In this document: in pieces, positions 22,671 through 31,078 of the stretch
Numbering within the stretch: the first letter of the stretch is position 1
Layout of the letters: the number at the start of each line of letters is the position of its first letter
NCBI GenBank assembly: GCA_963769025.1
Contig: CAVYKI010000006.1
Location: 128,001-192,000 of the forward strand
Length of the DNA stretch: 64,000 nucleotides
Source of the DNA: an uncultured Verrucomicrobiae bacterium
GTDB taxonomy: Bacteria; Verrucomicrobiota; Verrucomicrobiia; Chthoniobacterales; Chthoniobacteraceae
Direction: 5' to 3'
The notes under the pieces: generated by a model
Told to the model about the DNA's origin: nothing
Seen by the model: the letters and a program-made list of their open reading frames with translations, nothing else
Database searches by the model: none
Program-made: the position numbers and the translations under genes

Positions 22671-24002
22671 ATGTTGCGCATCCTCTTCATCCTCGCCGTC
22701 ATCCTCGCGCGCCCCGTTTTCGGCGCGGAGGCGGATGCGCGCCCCGTGAGTTTCCGCACGGAGATCGCGCCGCTGCTGCAGCGCCGTTGCGCCGCGTGCC
22801 ACTGCGAGGAGAGCGCGAAGGGCGGATACCGGCTCGACACCTTTCAGCTCCTGCAAAAGGCGGGCGACGGCGGGGATGCCCCGCTGATCGCCGGCAAGGC
22901 GAAGGACTCCCCCCTTTTCAAATTCCTCGTCGCGAAGGACCCCGAGGACCGCATGCCGCAGAAGGCCGACGCGCTTCCTGATTCCGAAATCGCGCTCATC
23001 GAACGATGGATCAATGCCGGAGCCGCCTACGACGGCGGCGATCCCGCGCGTCCGCTCGCCGAACTTTTGCGCGAGACGTTCCTTCGCCCCGCGCCTGCGC
23101 GCTACGCCCGCCCCGTGCCCATCACCGCGCTCGCATTCAGCGGCGACGGAAAGCGCCTCGCGGTCAGCGGCTATCGCGAAGTCTCCTTCTGGGATCCCTC
23201 GACCGGCACGCTCGTCCGCCGGCTCGGCGGGATGCCCGAGCGCATCAGCGCCCTCGCGTGGCATCCGAGGCGCAACCTCCTCGCCGTCGCCGGCGGCACG
23301 CCGGGCCAGTGGGGCACCGTCGCGGTCGTGGATGCTTCGCATGGCTATGCCGTCCGCTTTCTCTGCGACCTCCCCGAGATGGCGCTCAGCGCCGCCTTTG
23401 ACAAGGACGGCACCACGCTCGTCGCCGGATGCGGCGACCGCACGATGCGCCTCTTCGATGTCTCCACCGGAAAGCAGACCCACATCCTCCGCCAGCACGC
23501 CGACTGGGTGCAGGCCGTCGCGTTCAATCCCGGCGGCACCCGCCTCGTCTCCGTGAGTCGTGACCGCACCGCCCGCGTCTTCGACACCGCGAAGTGGGAA
23601 ATCAGCGCCACTTACCAGGGCCACGACTCGCCCGTGCTCGCCGCCACATTCACCGCCGACGGCTCGCGCATCTACACCGCCGCCCGCGGCACCGGCCACG
23701 TGTGGCATCCCGAGCAGGCGAACAAGCGCGGCGACATCCTCGAACTCCACGGCGACGTGCGCCAGTTCGCCGCCGGCACCTTCGGCGTCGCCGCCGGATG
23801 CGGCGACGGCGCAATCCGCATCTACCAGGCCGACGGCAAACTCCCCTGGCTCACCCTCACCGGCCACCGCGACGCCGTGCAGTCGCTCGCCGTCGCCTCG
23901 CGCAGCGAATGGATCGCCAGCGGCAGCGCCGACGGCGAAGTCATCATCTGGAGCCTCGACTGCGCCACATGGCTCACCCGCTTCACCGCCGTGCCGAAGT
24001 AG
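22671..24002 (+). CDS. Planctomycete cytochrome c domain plus WD40-repeat protein
   Basis: Signal peptide; F..EIAPLLQRRCAACH...GGYRLD...RMP...WINAGA; WD40 repeats (QHADWV, GHDSPV, GHRDAV..SGSADG). Confidence 0.85.
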   Translation: MLRILFILAVILARPVFGAEADARPVSFRTEIAPLLQRRCAACHCEESAKGGYRLDTFQLLQKAGDGGDAPLIAGKAKDSPLFKFLVAKDPEDRMPQKADALPDSEIALIERWINAGAAYDGGDPARPLAELLRETFLRPAPARYARPVPITALAFSGDGKRLAVSGYREVSFWDPSTGTLVRRLGGMPERISALAWHPRRNLLAVAGGTPGQWGTVAVVDASHGYAVRFLCDLPEMALSAAFDKDGTTLVAGCGDRTMRLFDVSTGKQTHILRQHADWVQAVAFNPGGTRLVSVSRDRTARVFDTAKWEISATYQGHDSPVLAATFTADGSRIYTAARGTGHVWHPEQANKRGDILELHGDVRQFAAGTFGVAAGCGDGAIRIYQADGKLPWLTLTGHRDAVQSLAVASRSEWIASGSADGEVIIWSLDCATWLTRFTAVPK

Positions 24003-24011
24003 TGCGCTGAA

Positions 24012-25405
24012 CTACGCGAAAATCGCGGAGATCGGTTCCCCGTCCGCTGCATGCACGGGGCGCGCGTCGGCGGTGCGGAGCTCCGTCTGCGGGTCGATGC
24101 CGAGCGCGGTGGTAGATCGTCGCGGCGAGGTCGTCGGGGCGCACGGGGTCCTCGGCGGGATAGGCGCCGTTCTTGTCGCACGCGCCGTAGACGAAGCCGC
24201 GCTTCACGCCGCCGCCGGCGAGCAGCGTGGTGTAGCACTGCGGCCAGTGGTCGCGGCTCGCGTTCTTGTTGATGTTCGGCGTGCGGCCGAATTCGCCCAT
24301 CCACACGACGAGCGTGTCGTCGAGCAGGCCGCGCTCGTCGAGGTCGTTGAGCAGCGTCGGCAGCGTCTGCTCGGTGATCGGCAGGTGATACTTCTCGATG
24401 ATGGGGAACATGCGCGTGTTGTCGAAGCCGTGCGTGTCCCAGCCGCCCTCGGTCGTGCTCTGCCCGCCGATGCTCGGTCGAGAAATAGACGGTGACGAAC
24501 TTCGCCCCCGCCTCGACGAGCCGCCGCGCGAGCAGGCAGCTCTGGCCGTAGGTCGTGCGGCCGTAGGCGTCGCGCACCTTCGTCCGGCTCGGCGGAGAGG
24601 TTGAACGCCTCGCGCAGCTTCGGCGACTGGAGCATGCCGATCGCGCGGTCGTAGTAGCCGTCGAGCCCGCGCGCCTGCGCGGAGTAATCCAGCAGCCGCG
24701 CCTGCGCGTCGACGAGCTTCTGCAGCTCGCGCCGCGCCTGCAGCCGCTCGAACGGGATGCCCTCCGGCAGGCTCAGCTCCGGCAGCGCGAAGTCGGCGCA
24801 GTTCGGGTCCTGCGGCACGAGCAGCGGGTCGTGCGCCTTGCCGAGGAAGCTCGCGTGCTGGCCCGGCGTGACCGAGCCGTCGCTGATGACGTGCGGGTAC
24901 GAGACCGCCGTCGGCATCTCGCCGCGCACCGGGCGCGAGCTTGTCGACGACCGAGCCGTAGCCGGGGAACAGATCGAGCGAATCGCGCAGCCGCTGATCG
25001 TCGCTCGGCGGCGCGTGCCCGGTCAGCGCGTAGTAGCCGGCCGAGTTGTGATTCTTCATCGTGTGATGCATCGAGCGGATGAGCGTCACCTTGTCCATCA
25101 TCTTCGCCGTCTTCGGCAGCTTCTCGCACACCTGGATGCCGTCGCGCCTTGCTGGAGATCGGCTTGTGCGGCCCGCGGATGCCCTCCGGCGCGTCCGGCT
25201 TCATGTCGAACATGTCGACGTGCGACGGCCCGCCCCACTGGAAGAGAAAGATGACCGACTTCGCCCGCGGCTTGATGCGCTGCGGCTCCTCAGCGCGCGG
25301 AGCAGGCCGCGGCATGTTCAGCCCGAGCAGACCGAGGCCGCCGACTTTCAGCGCGTGGCGGCGGGAGATCGCGGTGTGGAAGCTGGAGCAGGCAAACGGA
25401 TTCAT
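24012..25405 (-). CDS. DUF1501 family protein (several apparent frameshifts)
   Basis: SRRHALKVGGLGLLGL leader; AKSVIFLFQWGGPSHVDMFDMKP; LLARRLVEAG; WDTH; GEFGRTP; RDHWP; DLAATIYH. Confidence 0.85.
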
Positions 25406-25407
25406 GG

Positions 25408-27626
25408 TCAGTGGCGGAAGAGGAATTCCTTCGCGTTCAGCAGCGCCCAGGCGACGTCTTCGAGCGCGCGGCGCTTGTCCTTGTTGGAAGCCATGTGTGA
25501 TTTTGCACGCTCCATCTCCGTGGCGGAGGGCTCGCGTGAGAGGGCCGCGAGATAAAGCTCGGTGATGATTTCCGCGTCCGGTCGCGTGGTTGCGAGCAGG
25601 GCGCCGATGCGGTTGTCCTTCCGTGTGAGCAGTTCGTGGATCACCGGGCCGCTGAGGAGCTGAAAGGCCTGTGCGACGGTCGGTTCGTTCGTGCGCTCGC
25701 AATCACTGGCGATGAGGCGCGGCGGCTTGCCGAAGGCGAGCGCGAAGCGATCGAGGTTCGTCTTGATCGGGTGGTAGTGCTTTCGACCCTCGGGAATCTC
25801 TGCGAGCCGCGCGGCCTTCGGCCAATCGGGAATCTGCAGCGGTGCGGCGAGCGCGGTGCTCATGGAGTCGAGGATCTGCTCCGCGCCGAGCCGTCGGATG
25901 AGCGCGTGGGAATAATTCGCCTCGTCGTCCATGGTCGCCGCCGTCGCTCGCGAGCTGGTAGGTGCGCGAGGCCATGATGGTGCGGATGGCGTGCCGCAGG
26001 TCGTAGCCGTGCGCGGCGAAATCCTTCGTGAGCGCATCGAGCAGCTCGGGATGCGTCGGCGGATTGCTGGCGCGGAAATCGTCCACCGGGTCCACGATGC
26101 CGCGTCCCATGAGCTGCACCCAGATGCGGTTCACCTGCGTCCGCGCGAACATCGGCGAACGCGAAATCCAGTCCGCGAGCGCCTGGAGTTCGTCGCGCTC
26201 CGGTGCGGTCTTCGGCGTTTCGCCGCCGAGGAATCGCGGCCTGTGCCCGCTGCCCGGTGCGCGGGTTCGGCACGCCGGGCGTGCCGGCCTTCATCAGCAC
26301 GATCTGCTCGCCCTTGAACTCGCGCGTGTCGCTCTTGTCCCGCTTCTTGTTCTCCACGATCTTGTAGTCCACGCGGGAGAAGAGGCTCGTCCAGTCGTAG
26401 TAGTCGTCCTGCGTCCAGCGCTCGAACGGGTGGTTGTGGCACTGCGCGCAGTTGAGCTGCGTGCCGAGGAAAACGCGCGCGGTGTTCTCGGCGCGCGTCA
26501 CGGGATCGCGGTTCGCGCGCCACCAGTTCGCCGGCGGATTGGTGTAGGTGCTGCCGCGCGCGGCGACGAGTTCGCGGGCGAACTGATCGAGCGGCTTGTT
26601 CGCCGCGATGGCGTCGCGAATCCAGCCGTGGAAAACCGCCATCCCCTGGCTGTCGAGCTGACGCTCCTCGATCTTCAGCAGGTCCGCCCACTTCAGCGCC
26701 CAGAACGTCGCAAAGTCCCCGCGCTGCATGAGCGAGTCCACGAGCTTCGCGCGCTTGTGCCGGTTCGGCGCTGCGAGTCGCGTCGGCGAAAATGCGCGCA
26801 CTGCCTCCGGCGTCGGCACGATGCCGAGCAGGTCGAGATACGCGCGGCGGAGGAACGTCGCATCGTCGCACAGCCCGGCGGGATTCATCCGCAGCGTGCG
26901 CAGCTTTTTGAAGACGTGCTCGTCGATGAAATTGGCCGCCGGCGGATTGCTCCACGTGAACTCCGGTCGCGCCGGCGCGAACGCCAGGCTGACCGGCACC
27001 TGCTGGTGGAGGAAGCGCACGAGCACGTTGGTCTCTCCGAATTGCTCGCGCGTGACCGTGCCGTCCACGCTCACCTTCACGCCGAGATTGTTCGGCTCGA
27101 AGACCGTGAGCCGCGTCACATCCCGCTTCGTGCCGTCGGAAAATGTGGCGACCGCCTTGAGCTGCGCCGTGTCCGCCGGCTCCACGAGCACCTCCGCCCT
27201 CGGCGTGACATCCAGTTTCGTCAGCCGCAGCGCCGCGCCGGAGTCGGGCGCGCCGTCGCGGATCCAGCGCAGGAAAATGTCGTATTCCGGCGAAGCCACG
27301 TCGAACCGCTTGCCGCCCTCGTGGGCGACAATGCCCGTGGCTTTCAGCAGCGCGAGGCTCTGCTCGGGCTCGACCATGTTCACGCGGCGCCCGCCTTGCT
27401 CACGCGCGAGCGCCTGCCAGTCGAGGTCCGGGTCCTGCCCGCGCAGCGAGAGCTTGAAGGCGCCCTTGCCGACCGCATTTCCGTGGCACGTGCCCGCGTT
27501 GCAGCCCGCCTTGCTCAGCACCGCCATGACATCCGTGCGGAAATCCACGCCCGCGCCGGGCGCCGGAGCGCAGAGCACGGCCGCGAGCAGCGATGCGCGC
27601 AGGAGGTTTGGGAAAAGGGGAGTCAT
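25408..27626 (-). CDS. DUF1549/DUF1553 protein with Ig-like domain (apparent frameshifts)
   Basis: GCNAGTCHG...FKLSLRG; FLRRAYLDL; FLGTQLNCAQCHNHPFERWTQDDYY; NRIWVQLMGRGIVDPVDD; NPPTHPELLDAL; EDVAWALLNAKEFLFRH. Confidence 0.88.
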
Positions 27627-27831
27627 TCGGAGGCAATCAAAGAACCCCCGGCCCGAGGCAAAGGCTAGGGAGAATGTTTCGCTCGTAGCCGCCGACGCAG
27701 GAGGCGGGCTGATTTGCAAATTCGCTCGCGCCGTCCGTGGTCGAAAATGCCCGCATTCTGCCGTCGGCGGCTCCATGCTTTCTCCTTTCCACGCGGCGCC
27801 GCCCGTGGAGAGTCGCACGACTTCCGGAACC

Positions 27832-28251
27832 GTGAACAAACGCTATCCAATCTGGCTCATCCGCGCTTCGTGGCTCGCGGTCATTCTCTGGGCCTCGACG
27901 ATCTTTTACCTCAGCTCCCTGAGCGGGCCGGACATCGAGAAAATCGGCATCCACCTTTGGGACAAGGCCGCGCATTTTCTCGCATTCTTCAGCGGCGCCG
28001 TGGTGCTCACCTGCGCGCTCCGCTTCTCGACCGGCTGGACTTGGTTGCGGATCGGTCTTGTCGGCACCCTCGCCATCGCGGCGTATGGCGCATCCGATGA
28101 ATACCACCAGCTTTACATCCCGCGCCGCTCGGGCGGCGATGTCCTGGACTGGCTTGCCGACGCGCTCGGTGGCACGTTCGGGAGCGCTTTGACCATCCTG
28201 ATTTATGCCCGCTTCCAAAGATCGCATCGCCCGGCTCCGGCGGGAAATTGA
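27832..28251 (+). CDS. VanZ-like membrane protein
   Basis: IFYLSS, DKAAHF, YGASDEYHQLYIPRR, DWLADALG; GTG start inferred; overlaps the ligA start by 47 nt. Confidence 0.8.
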   Translation: MNKRYPIWLIRASWLAVILWASTIFYLSSLSGPDIEKIGIHLWDKAAHFLAFFSGAVVLTCALRFSTGWTWLRIGLVGTLAIAAYGASDEYHQLYIPRRSGGDVLDWLADALGGTFGSALTILIYARFQRSHRPAPAGN

Positions 28252-30598
28252 GGACCACGACCGGCGCTACTACGTCGAGGCCCGCCCGACGATCAGCGAC
28301 GCCGCCTACGACGCGCTTTACCGCGAACTGCGCGAACTCGAGGCCGCGCACCCGGAACTCGTCACGCCCGATTCGCCGACCCAGCGCGTGGGCGGCGCTC
28401 CGTCGAAGGGCTTCAAGCAGGTGCGCCACGCGATGCCGATGCTCTCGCTGGAGAAAATCGAGCCGCCGACGCTCACGGGCGCGGATGCAGAGCTGGAATT
28501 TTCCAAGCGCGTGCGACTGCAGGACGAACGCACCGTCGAGGAATTGAGGTGGTTTGATCAGACGATCCGCAAACAGCTCGGTGCGGAGAAAGTCGGCTAC
28601 GTGATGGAGCCGAAGGTGGATGGTGTCTCGATTTCCGTCCACTACCGCGACGGTCTGCTCGCGCTCGGCGTCACGCGCGGCGACGGTACGACGGGCGACG
28701 ACATCACCGCGAATCTCCGCGCGGTGAAGGCCATCCCGCTGCGGCTCGACATGCCGAATCCCCCTGCGCTGCTCGAAGTCCGCGGCGAGGCGTACATGCC
28801 GGTGAAGGAATTCGAGGCCATGAACGCCGCGCTGGAAGCCGCGGGCGAGAAGACGCTGCCGAATGCGCGCAACGCCACGGCGGGCACGCTCAAGCAGCTC
28901 GACTCCGCCGCCGTCGCGAAGCGCCCCGTGCGCGCCGTCTTCTACGCCGTCGGCGCGCTCGACGGGATCAGTTTTGCCACGCACGGCGACACGCTGCGCG
29001 CGCTGAAAAAGTTCGGCCTGCCGGTTCAGGAAGTGTGGTGGGAATGCGCCGACATGGAGGAAGTCATCGGCCGCTATCAGAAGGATGTCGTCAGCGATTA
29101 CGACGAGTCGCGCGACCTGCGGACCAAGCTCCATTACGAGATCGACGGCATCGTGATCAAAGTGAACGACCGAGCCGCGTGGGAACGCATCCCCGCGAAG
29201 GCGAAGGCGCCGGGCTACGCGATCGTCCACAAGCCGGTGCCATGGATTTCCGGCGCAATCACGGAGCTGCTCGGCATCACGATCCAAGTCGGACGCACCG
29301 GCGTGCTCACGCCCGTCGCCGAGCTGAAGCCCGTCTTCGTGCAAGGCTCCACCGTCTCTCGCGCGACGCTGCACAACGACGACGAAATCAAGCGCAAGGA
29401 CATCCGCATCGGCGACACCGTGATCATCCGCAAGGCCGGCATGGTCATCCCCGAGGTGCTGGAAGTGCTAAAGTCGAAGCGTCCCGATTCGGCAAAGCCG
29501 TTCGATCTTTCCGAATACGTCGGCGGAAAATGCCCCGCGTGCGGCGGGCCGATTTCCCGGTTGCAGGTTTCGACAGGCAAAAAGACGGAAGTCGCATGGC
29601 GCTGCGACAACATCGCCGGTTGCCCTGCTCAACTCGTGCGCCGCGTTGAGTTCTTCGGCCAGCGCAGCGCGCTCGACATCGAGGGCGTCGGCGGGGTCGT
29701 CGCAGAAAAGCTCGTCGAACGGGGGTTGGTGAAGTCGCCTCTTGATCTCTTCGACTTGCGGCTCGAACAACTCGCGAAGCTGAATCTCGGCACCGACGAC
29801 GAGCCGCGCATCTTCGGCGAGAAGAATGCCACGAAAGTCATCGAAGGAATCCAGCGCGCAAAGACGCAACCGCTCGCGCGCTGGCTGCACGCGCTTGCGA
29901 TTCCCGAAATCGGCGCGGAGACGGCGCATGACCTTGCGAAGTTTCACGGCGATCTTGAAGCCGTCGCGACTTCGGCAGTGCTGCGAGACGTGGTGGAGTT
30001 GGATCGCTTGAATGCTGAAGCCTTGCGGTTCAGTCCTCAGACTATAGCCAATAAATCAAAGCCGACTGATGAGAAAGTGAGGATGCGCAAGACTTGCGAT
30101 GAACTGAGAGCGAAAGCTGATGTTGTAGGCAGTCGTTTGGTGAGTTCGGGTTTTGCAAGTCTTGCGAAAGGTCCCTCAAAACATGCACGAGATGTTATCA
30201 CCGTTGTCGGGCCAGTTGCCGCCCGTGCAGTCGTAGTTTGGTCTGAGAGCAAAGTCGGACGCGATGTTCTAAAGCGATTTGGCCAACTCGGCATACGTCC
30301 TGTCGGCGGCGCTTCGTCGGAAGTTGATTCACCGTTTACTGGCAAGACATGCGTGCTCACCGGCACACTGGAAACAATGAGCCGCGGCGAGGCGCAGGAG
30401 AGGATTCGCGCACTCGGCGGCAATGTGAGCAGCAGTGTGAGCAATAAGACCGATTTCGTCATTGCTGGTCCCGGTGCGGGAACAAAACTCGATGAGGCGC
30501 GAGAACTCGGAGTACGCATTCTGGATGAACCGGAGTTCTTGAAGCTACTTGGGACGAATCCGGTGAAATCTAATCGTCCTCAAGGTGAACTTTTTTGA
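28205..30598 (+). CDS. ligA: NAD-dependent DNA ligase (divergent, with insertions)
   Basis: YY...ISDAAYD, SPTQRVG, EPKVDG, TRGDG..GDDIT, EVRGE, NARNATAGTL, DGIVIK, VGRTG, ATLHN, C4 Zn finger, BRCT (VLTGTL..GTKL). Confidence 0.95.
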   Translation: MPASKDRIARLRREIEDHDRRYYVEARPTISDAAYDALYRELRELEAAHPELVTPDSPTQRVGGAPSKGFKQVRHAMPMLSLEKIEPPTLTGADAELEFSKRVRLQDERTVEELRWFDQTIRKQLGAEKVGYVMEPKVDGVSISVHYRDGLLALGVTRGDGTTGDDITANLRAVKAIPLRLDMPNPPALLEVRGEAYMPVKEFEAMNAALEAAGEKTLPNARNATAGTLKQLDSAAVAKRPVRAVFYAVGALDGISFATHGDTLRALKKFGLPVQEVWWECADMEEVIGRYQKDVVSDYDESRDLRTKLHYEIDGIVIKVNDRAAWERIPAKAKAPGYAIVHKPVPWISGAITELLGITIQVGRTGVLTPVAELKPVFVQGSTVSRATLHNDDEIKRKDIRIGDTVIIRKAGMVIPEVLEVLKSKRPDSAKPFDLSEYVGGKCPACGGPISRLQVSTGKKTEVAWRCDNIAGCPAQLVRRVEFFGQRSALDIEGVGGVVAEKLVERGLVKSPLDLFDLRLEQLAKLNLGTDDEPRIFGEKNATKVIEGIQRAKTQPLARWLHALAIPEIGAETAHDLAKFHGDLEAVATSAVLRDVVELDRLNAEALRFSPQTIANKSKPTDEKVRMRKTCDELRAKADVVGSRLVSSGFASLAKGPSKHARDVITVVGPVAARAVVVWSESKVGRDVLKRFGQLGIRPVGGASSEVDSPFTGKTCVLTGTLETMSRGEAQERIRALGGNVSSSVSNKTDFVIAGPGAGTKLDEARELGVRILDEPEFLKLLGTNPVKSNRPQGELF

Positions 30599-30616
30599 TA
30601 TGGGCCTGATCTACTT

Positions 30617-30982
30617 ATGAAACTCGTTATTCTGGTGAAAAGCAGCAGCGGCGATCCATACCGCGTGAACATCGACGGTGATGAGAGCGGCATCCGGATT
30701 TTCTGCCATTGTCCCGCGGGTAGTCTTACTCAGCTCTGCAAGCATAAGGTAGCAATAGCCAAAGGCGATTCGACGATGATTGCTGATCCTGGGCAGGGAG
30801 AGGCACTTCGCGAAATGCAGAGTTCGCCATTCTACCCAGCGCTGAAGGCACGGGCAGAAAGCTACGAGGCAGCAATGTCGCTCTTGGAAAAGCGGAAAGC
30901 CGAAATCCAAAAAGAAGAGAAGGCGTTGAAGGCGCAGTTCGCCCGAGAGCTCCTGCGTGGAACAAGGACGCCCGAGAGCTGA
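30617..30982 (+). CDS. Small SWIM-type zinc finger protein
   Basis: SSS..PY.V...CHCPAG....LCKH (CxCxnCxH) plus a C-terminal coiled coil. Confidence 0.65.
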   Translation: MKLVILVKSSSGDPYRVNIDGDESGIRIFCHCPAGSLTQLCKHKVAIAKGDSTMIADPGQGEALREMQSSPFYPALKARAESYEAAMSLLEKRKAEIQKEEKALKAQFARELLRGTRTPES

Positions 30983-31078
30983 GGCTGAAGTTCCAGTGGG
31001 TTCATGCGGCAGCCCAATTTGAACCGGGAATGGTGGAGTTCACTTTGCGTGTGGGCTGCGAGCGTGTAGAGCGCAGCG

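Noticed and set aside
29960..30200. Intein in the LigA insertion
   Set aside because: Too short, with no C/S...HN splice junction or endonuclease motifs.
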